In this document: positions 44,347-53,866 of the stretch, piece after piece
How the letters are laid out: each line of letters begins with the position of its first letter
Numbering within the stretch: the first letter of the stretch is position 1
Sequence record: NC_019408.1
Strand: one strand, 5' to 3'
DNA length: 64,000 bases
Made by a program: the position numbers and the translations under genes
Notes under the pieces: generated by a model
The model's input: only the letters and a program-made list of their open reading frames with translations
Databases searched by the model: none
Told to the model about the DNA's origin: nothing

Positions 44347-44377
44347 AAAGCCGCCGGAGCCTAGCTTCGGCGGCTTT
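44347..44377. terminator. Bidirectional terminator
   Basis: AAAGCCGCCGGAG...CTTCGGCGGCTTT between convergent genes. Confidence 0.75.
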
Positions 44378-44378
44378 C

Positions 44379-44741
44379 CTATTCCACGACCCGCAGCTTC
44401 CGCGCGGCCTGGGAGCGCTCCATCGCCGCGTAGCGCGACACGTCCTGGAGGTGGGCCTTGGCGATGAGGTCGGGCGCGCCCACGGCCCGGAACGGTACGG
44501 CGGGGGAGAGTTCGACGTAGCGCCGCAGCAGCGGCTCGAACTCCAGGTCCCGCGCCTTGGCCAGCCGGGAGAGGGCGCCGGCGACGATCGCCACCACAAG
44601 GACGGTGGCGGGGGTCTCCTTGGTCAGGTTCCAGACGCCCGGCAAGGTCTGGCCTGGATGGAGCGGCTGGCGCGCGACATCGTCGGCGGCAGCGCGAAAG
44701 ATGTTCTCGTAGGGGACGCCATCAATCATGGGTTGGGACAC
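44379..44741 (-). CDS. Hypothetical protein
   Basis: 120-aa ORF ending at the terminator. Confidence 0.65.
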   Translation of the reverse strand: MSQPMIDGVPYENIFRAAADDVARQPLHPGQTLPGVWNLTKETPATVLVVAIVAGALSRLAKARDLEFEPLLRRYVELSPAVPFRAVGAPDLIAKAHLQDVSRYAAMERSQAARKLRVVE

Positions 44742-44811
44742 TTACTCAAACCGAGCAGGCTGTCTACCATCTACCCTTGCTAGTAGAAATGTCGGTTTTA
44801 CAACACAGACG

Positions 44812-45207
44812 CTAAATCCGCCCACCGTAGTAATCGCGCCACATCCCTTCCCAGTAGGCCTCATGCTCCTCGGTGCAGTGCGGACAGTAGCGGCGATCGC
44901 GGTTTGGGTCCTCGCCCTTGCCGTCCCAGTGGTAGCAGGTCATCGAGCCGACCATGGCCAGCCGCCAGAACGTGCCGCAATGCTCGCACCCGCCCAGGGC
45001 GATGTTCTGCATCAGCCGGTGGCCGTTCCACCATGCCTGGGGCCGGCGCCAGAGTTCATAGACCAGCGCCGAGCGGATGCTGGGGTACTGGTGGAGCCCG
45101 ACCTGGACGACCTTGCGCCGGCCCTGGGGCTCGACCTTGCCTCCGGCCCAGCGGTAGGTCGGCTCGTGGTAGACCTTGATCTTCGGGAGCCAGCGGCGCT
45201 TCTTCAC
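44812..45207 (-). CDS. Hypothetical protein with two CxxC motifs (possible Zn finger)
   Basis: GTG overlaps the helicase TGA; CEHC and CPHC. Confidence 0.6.
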   Translation of the reverse strand: MKKRRWLPKIKVYHEPTYRWAGGKVEPQGRRKVVQVGLHQYPSIRSALVYELWRRPQAWWNGHRLMQNIALGGCEHCGTFWRLAMVGSMTCYHWDGKGEDPNRDRRYCPHCTEEHEAYWEGMWRDYYGGRI

Positions 45208-47150
45208 GTGTCCATGACCTTCGCGATGTTGTCCTCCTTCTCCTTGGCGGCCTGGGCGATGCGCGCGTCGAGCGAACCGTTGGCCACCAGGAAGAAGCAC
45301 ATGATTTTCTCGGCCGTCTGACCAATCCGGCAGGCGCGGTCCTCGGCCTGCTCGATCAGGGTCGGCGTCCAGTCCCCCTCGGCGAACGCCACGTCGTGCG
45401 CCCGCGTCATGGTGAAGCCTACACCGGCGGCCTGGAGGTTGCAAACGATGACCCGGCAGGTCTCGTCCTCCTGGAACTTGTCGACCTGAAGCTGGCGCTT
45501 GTTGACGGGGGTCCCGCCGTAGATCATCGCCGGATTGTAGTCGGCCAGGGCCTCGGCGAGCGCCTTGACGACGTCGGAGTGGTAGGCGAACAGGATCAGC
45601 TTGTCGCCGCCGTCCAGGAAGTTCTTGACCCACGGGATGATCGCCGGGAGCTTGGCCATCCCCAGTTCGCGGCGGACGGCGGCGATCTCCTCGAACAGCA
45701 CCGCCACGGCCGGCGGGGCAAGGCCCAGCACGGCGGCGGCGTAGTCGAGGTTGAGCGCCCGCGAGTTGGGCTTGTCGGGATCGCCGTCGACGCCCACGGC
45801 CTTGTCGAAACCGTAGGCCTGGGCCGTCTCCAGGGCCGCCAGCCCCAGCCGGATGTCGCGCTGATCCTCGGTCTCGTTGTCGCCGGCCAGGACCGAGGAC
45901 TCGTAGAGCTTCAGGGCCTGGGTAAGCTCGTCCTCGCGCGCCACCACCTCGCGGATTTCCGGGCTGTCGAGGAGCACGACTTGCCGGAACTTCGGGGGAA
46001 GCTCGGGCAGCACCTCGCGCTTGTTGCGCCGGACCATGAAGGTCGAGCGCAGGCGATAGCCTAGCTCCTCCAGGTTCGAGGCGCCGGTGAAGTTGTAGGC
46101 CCCGTTCTTGCCGCGCGTGTTGTCGAACCAGCCCTCGCAGTAGCGATAGCCGTAGTCGTTGTAGCTCTTGCCCAGGCCGTCGGGATCGAAGGCCTTGACG
46201 ATCGACCACATCTCGATCGGGCGGTTCATCATCGGCGTGCCCGACAGGAAGACCCGCCGCTTGGCGTCGACCGGGTTGAACCAGATGTCGGCCAGCACCG
46301 GCTCGCGGTTCTCGGCCTCGGCCTTCTTGATCTCGGCGGCGTTGGCCTCCTTGCGCTTCTTGCGCACGGCCGCTTTGGAGCGGGCGTCCATCTGCTCGCC
46401 GCCCAGGATGAAGATCGTCCGACCACTGTCGGGGGTCTTGATCGCGTGGCACTCGTCGCAGACCAGCAGGTCCCAGGGAGCGTCGTGGATTTCCTTGGAG
46501 AAGCGCTCCAGGATGTCGTAGTTGATGATCACCACGTCGGTCTTGGGCCACCAGCGCGGGTGGACGACCTTCTTGAAGCGCGGCTTGCCGTTCTTGTAGA
46601 AGCCGTCGCGCACGGTCTCGCGGTAGCGGGTCTCGGCGATCCCCACCGTCAGGCCCTTGCTGCACCAGAGCTTCCACTCGCGGCGCCAGTTCTCCTTCAG
46701 CGACGCCGGCACCACCACCAGCACGCGGCGGATTTTCTTCATCGCGTTGGAGACGCCGACCGCCTGGATCGTCTTGCCCAGGCCGGGCGGATCGGCGATG
46801 AGCGTGTCGCGCCGGCCCGGCAGGGTGGCGAAGTCGATCCCCGCGCGCTGGAATGGCTTGAAGTCCCAGCCCTTGGCCTCGACCGCCTTGGAGATCGGCG
46901 GCCAGAAATCGCAGTCGGCCTTGTAGGAAAGCTCGCGGCTGATGTTGGCCAGATGCTCGCGCCGCCCGAGTTCGTCGAGCGCGTTGGCCTTCCAGACCAC
47001 GCCCGCCACCTTGAGGGCGACGGCGGGATTGTGGGTGATCAGCGCCTTGCGCGGCGGGCTCCAGCTAAAGCCGGCCTCCTGGAACCGCTTGCGGTCTTCC
47101 CATTCGGTGACGGCCCAGAAGTAGCCGTCTCGGTAGTCGATAAATGCCAT
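45204..47150 (-). CDS. SNF2/SMARCAL1-like SF2 helicase
   Basis: DPPGLGKTIQ, CDECH, LSGTPMMNRP, GVGFTMT and EQAEDRACRIGQ. Confidence 0.9.
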   Translation of the reverse strand: MAFIDYRDGYFWAVTEWEDRKRFQEAGFSWSPPRKALITHNPAVALKVAGVVWKANALDELGRREHLANISRELSYKADCDFWPPISKAVEAKGWDFKPFQRAGIDFATLPGRRDTLIADPPGLGKTIQAVGVSNAMKKIRRVLVVVPASLKENWRREWKLWCSKGLTVGIAETRYRETVRDGFYKNGKPRFKKVVHPRWWPKTDVVIINYDILERFSKEIHDAPWDLLVCDECHAIKTPDSGRTIFILGGEQMDARSKAAVRKKRKEANAAEIKKAEAENREPVLADIWFNPVDAKRRVFLSGTPMMNRPIEMWSIVKAFDPDGLGKSYNDYGYRYCEGWFDNTRGKNGAYNFTGASNLEELGYRLRSTFMVRRNKREVLPELPPKFRQVVLLDSPEIREVVAREDELTQALKLYESSVLAGDNETEDQRDIRLGLAALETAQAYGFDKAVGVDGDPDKPNSRALNLDYAAAVLGLAPPAVAVLFEEIAAVRRELGMAKLPAIIPWVKNFLDGGDKLILFAYHSDVVKALAEALADYNPAMIYGGTPVNKRQLQVDKFQEDETCRVIVCNLQAAGVGFTMTRAHDVAFAEGDWTPTLIEQAEDRACRIGQTAEKIMCFFLVANGSLDARIAQAAKEKEDNIAKVMDT

Positions 47151-47200
47151 GGGTCCGCACGTGGTTAACGCGCGGCAATGTCGCCCATGACGACGTCACA

Positions 47201-47245
47201 TGTCAAGATTCATGACTTGACCCAAGGCGTTAACCATGGCACGGT
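47201..47245. promoter_or_regulatory. Divergent regulatory region with the 17-bp motif and TTAACCAT
   Basis: Minus-strand AGTCATGAATCTTGACA at 47217-47201. Plus-strand TTGACC at 47217. TTAACCAT at 47230-47237. Confidence 0.55.
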
Positions 47246-47288
47246 CGGGGCACGGCTGAGAGATCAGCCGGTCACAAGGAGAACTACC

Positions 47289-47588
47289 ATGACCCTGATC
47301 GTCAAGATCATGTCGGACGAGAACCTGCCCGACACCGACCCCTCCAAGCGCTTCTCGCTTTATGCCGGGGTGAAGTCCTTCCATCCGATCGTCCAGGAGC
47401 CCGAGGTGGCGGGTGGCAAGCCCTACTGCTACCTGCGGCTCTACATCGCCGATCCCGTCAAGACCGCGACCGTGCCCGGCTTCGTCGAGCATGAGACCCA
47501 CGTCGACGTCGGCGGCAACGTCTACGTGATGAACGAGGCCGGCAAGACCATCGCCACCTGGACCCCGCCCTGCGGCGCGCCCAACTAG
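47289..47588 (+). CDS. Hypothetical protein
   Basis: AAGGAG precedes ATG 47289. Confidence 0.7.
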   Translation: MTLIVKIMSDENLPDTDPSKRFSLYAGVKSFHPIVQEPEVAGGKPYCYLRLYIADPVKTATVPGFVEHETHVDVGGNVYVMNEAGKTIATWTPPCGAPN

Positions 47589-47824
47589 GTCTTCTGCGCT
47601 TCCAGACCCGGATCGCCTTCCCAGGCGGCCGGGTCTTTCTGCCAGCCCATCCGCTCCATGACCGCGTGGCAGTCGAGCGGCGCGCTGCCGTCCTTGGGCT
47701 CCTCGCCCAGGCAGAGGAACACGAACCGCTTGCCGGTGTTGGCCTTGTAGCGGATGCGCAGGTTGCCGTCCTCCGAGACGATCTCGCACGACGTCATGTT
47801 CACGACTTCACCAGGGCGCATCAC
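47585..47824 (-). CDS. Hypothetical protein
   Basis: 79-aa ORF coupled to the upstream gene. Confidence 0.55.
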   Translation of the reverse strand: MMRPGEVVNMTSCEIVSEDGNLRIRYKANTGKRFVFLCLGEEPKDGSAPLDCHAVMERMGWQKDPAAWEGDPGLEAQKT

Positions 47825-48393
47825 GCCGCCTCCTTAATTTCCCGAGCGCGCTCGGTCCAGATCATCAGGTCGTAGTCGGCCGGGCTCATCCCGGCGGCGT
47901 CGGCAAGGCCCAGGAAGGCCTCTTCCAGGCGACGATAGACCTTCGGGTTGCCCGGCGTCACCTTGGGCGCTTCCACCCCGTTCTGGGCCAGATGCGCGAG
48001 GATGTGGGTGTCCAGGGCCGACAGGCGCTGATCGGCGCGCGAGTGCAGCAGGAAGAACCGGGCCGTCTTGGGGCCGACCCCGTGGATGGCCTCGAACTTC
48101 TCGACCGGATCGTGGCGCAGGTCCAGCCCCCAGGCGCTCTGGGCAAAGCAGGCCTCCAGCCGGGCGTACTGCCCGATGCCGAACATCTCCATATAGGGCC
48201 GCAGCTTGTTCTCGAAGATCGCGCAGCGCAGCTTGCCGAACGGCGTGGTCCCGACCATGGCGTGGAGCATCTGGTCGAGCTTGCGGGCCTGGATGTCGGC
48301 GGTCTTGCCCGCGACGATGCAGCAGAACAGCCACCACTCTTCCAGTTCCGCGTCGGTGCGGTCGAACTTGGTCACGTCACGCGGGTCGATCAT
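47821..48393 (-). CDS. HhH DNA glycosylase, Ogg2-type 8-oxoguanine glycosylase-like
   Basis: IHGVGPKTARFFL (HhH with Lys), ALDTHIL, Y.RLEE.F and DYDLMIW match the Ogg2 layout. Confidence 0.65.
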   Translation of the reverse strand: MIDPRDVTKFDRTDAELEEWWLFCCIVAGKTADIQARKLDQMLHAMVGTTPFGKLRCAIFENKLRPYMEMFGIGQYARLEACFAQSAWGLDLRHDPVEKFEAIHGVGPKTARFFLLHSRADQRLSALDTHILAHLAQNGVEAPKVTPGNPKVYRRLEEAFLGLADAAGMSPADYDLMIWTERAREIKEAA

Positions 48394-48397
48394 TGGC

Positions 48398-48853
48398 TCA
48401 CTTCTTGTACTTCTTGGCGTGCTGGCGGCCCTTCCAGGAGGCCTTGTAGCCACCGAGCTTGGTGAAGCCCGAACAGCAGGGCGATCCACAGGAGCAGCGG
48501 TCGTAAGCGTCCTCGACCAGCCCGCGCTTGTAGAGGGTGTGCATGTGCGAGCCCTTGAACGGCTCGGGCGGGCGGCGCACCTGCTCGTCGGCGACCATCT
48601 CGATCAAGAGCCACTTGGGGCCGTCGATCTCGCACGCGCGGCAGGTGTGTTCGTCCTCGGCGGCGAACATCGCCTCGGTCTCGGCCTGCGAGCGCACCAT
48701 GGCGGCGAACTCGTCGTCCGTGTACGCGCCAGTGATGTAGCGCTCGACGGTGACCGCCCTCTTCAGCGTCCGCCCGCAGGTCTTGCAGGCGCAGGTGTAG
48801 CCCACCGTGGCGCTGAAGAGGTCGACGTTGTCGGAGACAGCGTAGCCGGCCAT
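48398..48853 (-). CDS. Cys-rich hypothetical protein
   Basis: CACKTC, CRAC and CSCGSPCC. Confidence 0.6.
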   Translation of the reverse strand: MAGYAVSDNVDLFSATVGYTCACKTCGRTLKRAVTVERYITGAYTDDEFAAMVRSQAETEAMFAAEDEHTCRACEIDGPKWLLIEMVADEQVRRPPEPFKGSHMHTLYKRGLVEDAYDRCSCGSPCCSGFTKLGGYKASWKGRQHAKKYKK

Positions 48854-48855
48854 GA

Positions 48856-49305
48856 CTAGAGGTGCGGCGCCAGTTCGCGTTCCAGGCGGTCGAGTTCGCC
48901 GCGCTTGTGGAGTTCGGAGACGCGGTGCAGGGCGATGATCTTCTGCTCGATGTAGGTCATGGTCGCCGGCGCCCGCGTGGGCAGTTCCGACAGGCCCGTG
49001 CCGATCCCGTCGGACGGGTAGACCACGATGCCGCCCTTCTTGACGTGCTCGAACAGCGGGCGGAAATCTTCGTCGATCGTCCGGCACTGGGCGTCGGTGG
49101 CGATCGGATCATCACCGAAGAAGTCGGTGGCGTGCATGCCCGGCGTGCGCTTGGTCGCCACACCGATGGCGTTGGGCTCGCCGCGCATGTGGCCGGCCTG
49201 CCCGCCCATCCCCTGGCGGATCATGTTGTCGCCGAAGACGTAGAGGACGTCGGGATTGCGGCGCAGGTCCTCGCGGAAAATGCGGTGCTGGTAGATGACG
49301 GGCAT
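48856..49305 (-). CDS. Hypothetical protein
   Basis: 149-aa ORF with strong codon bias; LYVFGDN..R.G.GGQA...RGEPNAIGVATK segment. Confidence 0.7.
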   Translation of the reverse strand: MPVIYQHRIFREDLRRNPDVLYVFGDNMIRQGMGGQAGHMRGEPNAIGVATKRTPGMHATDFFGDDPIATDAQCRTIDEDFRPLFEHVKKGGIVVYPSDGIGTGLSELPTRAPATMTYIEQKIIALHRVSELHKRGELDRLERELAPHL

Positions 49306-49328
49306 GGGGCGATCCTTCTGAAGTGGGA

Positions 49329-49352
49329 GAGGGGCCGGCGAACCGGCCCCTC
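49329..49352. terminator. Hairpin after the rIIB-like gene
   Basis: GAGGGGCCGG-CGAA-CCGGCCCCTC. Confidence 0.5.
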
Positions 49353-49365
49353 GGGGTGGGAGCGA

Positions 49366-50988
49366 TTACTTGTTGGCGAACGCCGCGACGTAGGCCTTGG
49401 CGTAGGCTTCCTTGTAGAGCGGGCCGACGTCGTCGTTGTTCTCGTCTTCGAGGTCGGTGAAGTTCGAGTAGTGCTCGCCCTTCTCGGCGTCGAGGTCGAA
49501 CGTCTCGGCGTACTCGCCCTCCAGGCGCCCGTCGCGGTCGCCCGCCAGCTTGGCCCAGGCCGCGTAGTGGTGGACGAGGACCTCCTCGAACGCTTCCTCA
49601 TAGAGGTACGAGTAGGTGCCCACGCCCTTGTCGGCGCTGGCGCTGTTGTCGAGCGCCGATTCAGCCACCACGTCCAGGCGCTCGCCTTCGGGGCCTTCGC
49701 CCTCGACGAGGTCGACCAGGGCCTGGAGGCGCACGCCTTCGTCGGTCTGGCTCATCGCCTGGGCGATCAGCTTCTCGGCGTCCTCGCGGCCCCAGGACTT
49801 GGCCATGGTCGTGGCCAGATCGTGGTCGACGGCGGCAAAGCCGTTGGCGTCGTAGGCGGGGGTCTCGTCGGTCGAGGCGGTCTCTTCGACCTTCTCGTCC
49901 GAGGCGTCGTCAGTGGCGGCGGCCGAGAAGCCGACGCCATAGCCCTTGACATAGCCCTCCGAGTACGCCTGCCGGGCCGAGTCGGGGCCGTCGGTGAGTT
50001 CGCCCGGCAGATCGAAAGACGCGTCGTACTCGTAGCCGTTGTCCTGGTCGGCCGCACCCGCCTTCAGGCCAGCGTCGTGGCCGATCTTGGCCCAGTCGGT
50101 CGCCTCGGCTTCGACCACCGCTTCGGGGGCCTCGGTGGTGATCACGCCGTCGGCGGCCGTGGCGTCGGTCTCGATCTCGGGATCGACCTGGGCCTGGGCG
50201 TCAGCCTGGGCGGCCTTCTCCTCGGCGTAGCGGCGCTCGACGGCGGCGGTGAAGTAGTTGACCGCGTCGGCCTCGGGGATTTCGCCCAGGACCTTCATCT
50301 CGCAGCAGCGCAGCTTGGTGAGGTTGTAGTCGGTCGGGATCGCCGTGACGTCCTTGGGGTTGATCTCGACGATGATGATCTTGCCCCGGCCGCCGTGGAA
50401 CGAGCGCAGGTAGTCGAACGAGCAGGCGTGCAGGCCGCGCGAACAGGTCTGGTTGCGGTTCGGGTCACAGAGGTCGCGATCCATCGAGACCGTGCTGCCG
50501 ATCTTGTACTCGACGGTGTGTGAGTGCAGGTCGAAGTAGTCCTCGCCCACGCGCTTGAAGGCATGGAACATGCCGTCCGGCGTCAGCGGGTTGCGACCCT
50601 TCTCCAGGAAGGCGTAGAGATCGGCGGCGATCGACTTGTCGGGGTTCTGGTCGACATTGGCGATGAAGTTGGTCAGCGGCTCCATGTCGAAGCCTTCCGC
50701 CAGCACGCGCTTGAAGGTGCCGGCCGCCACGTAGTCGACGACCTTGCCGTCCAGGCGCAGGCGGTCGCGATCGTCCAGGATGACGCGGCCGAACGAGTGG
50801 GCCGCCACATAGGCCGCCACGTCGGCGATCAGCCGGATTTCGTCGATGTCCTGCGGGACCTTCTTGACGGCCTCTTCCAGCTTCTTGCCCTGCGACGAGC
50901 CGCGAGGGAAGGAGCGGTAGCGCCCGTCCAGGGTGATCGAGATCGCGTCGACGGTGATCGTCACGGCGACCTTCGCTTGGGTAGTCAT
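49366..50988 (-). CDS. rIIB: rIIB-like protein with an acidic C-terminal extension
   Basis: LYAFLE...P.TPDG.F.AFK.V..DY.D.HS, CS.GLHACS..YL..F and V..NPKDV.AIP.DYN..K.RCC. Confidence 0.75.
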   Translation of the reverse strand: MTTQAKVAVTITVDAISITLDGRYRSFPRGSSQGKKLEEAVKKVPQDIDEIRLIADVAAYVAAHSFGRVILDDRDRLRLDGKVVDYVAAGTFKRVLAEGFDMEPLTNFIANVDQNPDKSIAADLYAFLEKGRNPLTPDGMFHAFKRVGEDYFDLHSHTVEYKIGSTVSMDRDLCDPNRNQTCSRGLHACSFDYLRSFHGGRGKIIIVEINPKDVTAIPTDYNLTKLRCCEMKVLGEIPEADAVNYFTAAVERRYAEEKAAQADAQAQVDPEIETDATAADGVITTEAPEAVVEAEATDWAKIGHDAGLKAGAADQDNGYEYDASFDLPGELTDGPDSARQAYSEGYVKGYGVGFSAAATDDASDEKVEETASTDETPAYDANGFAAVDHDLATTMAKSWGREDAEKLIAQAMSQTDEGVRLQALVDLVEGEGPEGERLDVVAESALDNSASADKGVGTYSYLYEEAFEEVLVHHYAAWAKLAGDRDGRLEGEYAETFDLDAEKGEHYSNFTDLEDENNDDVGPLYKEAYAKAYVAAFANK

Positions 50989-51009
50989 GGGAGACTCCTT
51001 GCTCGCGGC

Positions 51010-53133
51010 CTAGTAGCTGCCGAACTTCAGGGTGAGAGGGATGGTGCGAATCAGCGCTTCCAGGGCCTTGGTGCAGGCGGTGACCTGCTCGGTCGAGGTC
51101 GCGTGGTTCGTGTTGTCGAGGAACTTGCGGATCGGGTGGTTGGACGTGGCGTTCAGCTTGGTATGACCCTCCTCGAACGTCTTGGTCAGTTCCGAGCGCG
51201 GCGGCGCCTTGAACTGCCCGTCCACCTCGTAGAGCGCCTTGATGAAGGAGCGCTCGCGCTCGGTCCACTCGACGAGGCCGGCGGCCAGCAGCGGCTTGAC
51301 CGCGCCGAAGTAGGCCGCGACCGACGACTTCATCCGCGTCAGGCGGTCGAAATCGGCCGGGCACTTCTCGATCGCCCGGTTGTAGAAGCCGTAGGCCGTC
51401 GACGAGGTCGACAGCTTCTGCACCGCCACCACGCAGTCATCCAGGCTGACCTTGTGCTTGGCCTGGATCGCCGCGTCGATCGCCTCGCGCATGGTCGGGA
51501 CCTTGGCGTCCTCGACGTGCTTCTGGGCGGTGGGCGAGGCGATGTAGATGTGCTTGATGCCGTACTTGTTGGCGACGACGAAGACGTCCTCGGCCTTCTT
51601 GCGGTACTGGTCCGACGACACCCAGGCCACGGTCCCGGCAGGGAAGGTCTCCACGCCGGTCACCGCCATCTGCTCGCCCGCGCGCTTGGCCAGGGCCAGA
51701 CCCCGGATCGGCGGCACATAGGCGGGCGCGTCCTTGCTGACCTTGTCGCGGCGCGGGACCTCGCCCTTGAGCGTGGCCACGTCGATGTCCTCGAACTTGG
51801 CGGTCGGCAGGGCGCAGTTCCAGAAGGCCTTGTCCCGGTCGTAGCCGAGCATGAAGACCCCGTCCTTCAGGTTCTTGCTCTCCAGGTAGAGGCGCAGGAT
51901 GCGCGCAAGGCGGCGCGTCTCGCTCTGGGAGAACTCGCGCTTGGTCGAGTCGTCGCGCGACGGGTCGAGCAGGTCGGAGATGTCGCGCAGGACCAGGAAG
52001 TGGGTTTCGGCCTTCTGGCTCAGGTCGAGCGTGTTCTCGATCCGGTAGCCCCAGCGCTCGCGGTGCTGGTCGAACGAGGCCTTGTAGAGGCAGGCCACGC
52101 CAGGGAAGGAGATCGTCGTGCTTTCCAGGCCCGTGGCCGGGTGCTTGGGCTTGCTGCTGATGAACGGCGGGCGCAGCTTGTTGTGGGTCGCGAAGAACTC
52201 GGTGACCGACTGGATGTCCTTGATCTTGACCCAGATCGCCGCCTCGACGTCTTGGCTGATCGTGCCGATGATGTCTTGCAGGGCCTTGACCGCTTCGGGC
52301 TTGTACTGGATTTCTTCCCGCGACGGGATGGGCTCGACCGTGCCCATCGGCACCGTGATCAGCCACTTGCGGCCGTTGTCGTGGGGCAGGCTCAGACCGC
52401 CCTTGGCGGCCAGCGGGTAGATGGCGCAGCCCTGGCGCACGTTCCACGTCGCCGGCAGGGCCGAGTTCTCGTAGGCGGCCCAGGTGCCGTCGGCGGCTTC
52501 GTACTGCGGCATGCCCAGCGGCTGGCCCAGGTCGATGTTGCTGTCGTACATGGGGATGAAGCCCATGGCGACGTTCTTGACGGCGCGCTCGAAGGAGGCG
52601 AAGTCGGTGGGGTTGACCGCGACGGTGACGCGCACGCCGGCCGGCTCGGAGCAGTCCTCGGTGCCCTGGAGCATGACGCGCGGCACGCCGCCCTTGCCGA
52701 TCGCGGCGGTGTAGTGGCGCACGACGTCGCCGTCGTAGCAGGACAGGGCGAATTGGGAGGTGTAGGCGAACGGGCTCTTGGAGCCCAGGCCGAAGGCGCC
52801 GGTGAGATCGTCGGTCTCGTCCTTGTCCGACTCGAACAGGGTCGAGTAGAGGTGCATGACCTTGGCGTGGTCCATGCCGGGGCCGTAGTCGCGCACGTAG
52901 AATTCGGGGCGCATTTCGCTGGGGACGTGGACGAAGAAGCTGCCGGGGTAGCCGGCGACGATATGGGCGTCCTGGGCGTTCGAGCAGATTTCCCGCACCA
53001 GCGAGCCGATCTTGTCCGAGTAGAGCCCGTCGATCAGCATCCGGAACGCTTTGCCAGACGCCTTGATCTTGAACTCTTGCTCCTCCTGAACGCCGATGGT
53101 TTCGAGGAAGACCGGTTCGGTTGCAAGCCGCAT
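51010..53133 (-). CDS. rIIA: rIIA-like protein (N-terminal GHKL/HATPase domain)
   Basis: LYSDK..SLVREICSNAQDAH, VRDYGPGM and GAFGLGSKSPFAYT. Paired with the rIIB-like gene. Confidence 0.8.
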   Translation of the reverse strand: MRLATEPVFLETIGVQEEQEFKIKASGKAFRMLIDGLYSDKIGSLVREICSNAQDAHIVAGYPGSFFVHVPSEMRPEFYVRDYGPGMDHAKVMHLYSTLFESDKDETDDLTGAFGLGSKSPFAYTSQFALSCYDGDVVRHYTAAIGKGGVPRVMLQGTEDCSEPAGVRVTVAVNPTDFASFERAVKNVAMGFIPMYDSNIDLGQPLGMPQYEAADGTWAAYENSALPATWNVRQGCAIYPLAAKGGLSLPHDNGRKWLITVPMGTVEPIPSREEIQYKPEAVKALQDIIGTISQDVEAAIWVKIKDIQSVTEFFATHNKLRPPFISSKPKHPATGLESTTISFPGVACLYKASFDQHRERWGYRIENTLDLSQKAETHFLVLRDISDLLDPSRDDSTKREFSQSETRRLARILRLYLESKNLKDGVFMLGYDRDKAFWNCALPTAKFEDIDVATLKGEVPRRDKVSKDAPAYVPPIRGLALAKRAGEQMAVTGVETFPAGTVAWVSSDQYRKKAEDVFVVANKYGIKHIYIASPTAQKHVEDAKVPTMREAIDAAIQAKHKVSLDDCVVAVQKLSTSSTAYGFYNRAIEKCPADFDRLTRMKSSVAAYFGAVKPLLAAGLVEWTERERSFIKALYEVDGQFKAPPRSELTKTFEEGHTKLNATSNHPIRKFLDNTNHATSTEQVTACTKALEALIRTIPLTLKFGSY

Positions 53134-53224
53134 TATCAACTCCAGAGGAGAGTGGTTAGGTGGATGTCGACGATCCTTCTATCCAGGGCATCCGGTTCTG
53201 TCAACACACTCGCTCCGGCTTTTT

Positions 53225-53264
53225 GGTCGTGAATCTTGACGTTCTCGCACGGGTCAGGCACAAT
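53225..53264 (+). promoter_or_regulatory. 17-bp motif plus promoter with a leaderless start
   Basis: GGTCGTGAATCTTGACG, 17-nt spacer, CACAAT. ATG lies 6 nt later. Confidence 0.65.
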
Positions 53265-53270
53265 TTTCTC

Positions 53271-53519
53271 ATGTGGTCAATCCGCAACATCACGACCGAA
53301 GCCTCCCACTCGATTCGCACCTGCACCGCCAAGGACTACCCGTGGCCTGAGCGGGGGTCGGAGGGCTGCATTTGTCGCGACCCTGGCGCGCGCCGTGACC
53401 GGGATTTCATGCTGCTGATCGACCGCCATGGCGAGATTCAATGGTACGCGAGGACGACATGCCCGATCCACGGCCCGAAGATCACGACGGTGGACGTCGA
53501 AACAAAATCCACGACCTGA
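53271..53519 (+). CDS. Small Cys-containing hypothetical protein, probably leaderless
   Basis: ATG at the predicted +1; CIC and CPIHG. Confidence 0.55.
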   Translation: MWSIRNITTEASHSIRTCTAKDYPWPERGSEGCICRDPGARRDRDFMLLIDRHGEIQWYARTTCPIHGPKITTVDVETKSTT

Positions 53520-53866
53520 TCGTCGGCGACCCGCGCGAGGACCCGCGCTACAATCGCAAGCTCAGCAACCGCGACAAGACCGCCTTCCTCTGCGGCGTCC
53601 TGCGCCACCCGGCCCAGGCGTTCGACCTGGACCTGCCGTTCCCGGTCGAGGACTGGGTCGCCTCGGACGACAACTCCCTGATCGTCGCGGGCCTCTACCT
53701 GTCGGACCTGCGGCTCCAGTTCTATGACGCCCTGGAGGTCAAGCCCGACGACGAGCACGGCTTCGTGCGCCAGGGCGAGGCCGAGTTCTGGCACCACGCC
53801 TTCAACGTCATGGTCGAGCGCCGCAGCCACGGCGTGCTGGTCTCCGACGGGCGCGTGCTCAATTGA
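53459..53866 (+). CDS. Hypothetical protein
   Basis: GAGGA precedes ATG 53459; codon bias. Confidence 0.65.
   Translation: MPDPRPEDHDGGRRNKIHDLIVGDPREDPRYNRKLSNRDKTAFLCGVLRHPAQAFDLDLPFPVEDWVASDDNSLIVAGLYLSDLRLQFYDALEVKPDDEHGFVRQGEAEFWHHAFNVMVERRSHGVLVSDGRVLN

Noticed and set aside
4637-47237. Full CtrA boxes (TTAA-N7-TTAA)
   Set aside because: Only half-sites were found at the promoters examined.
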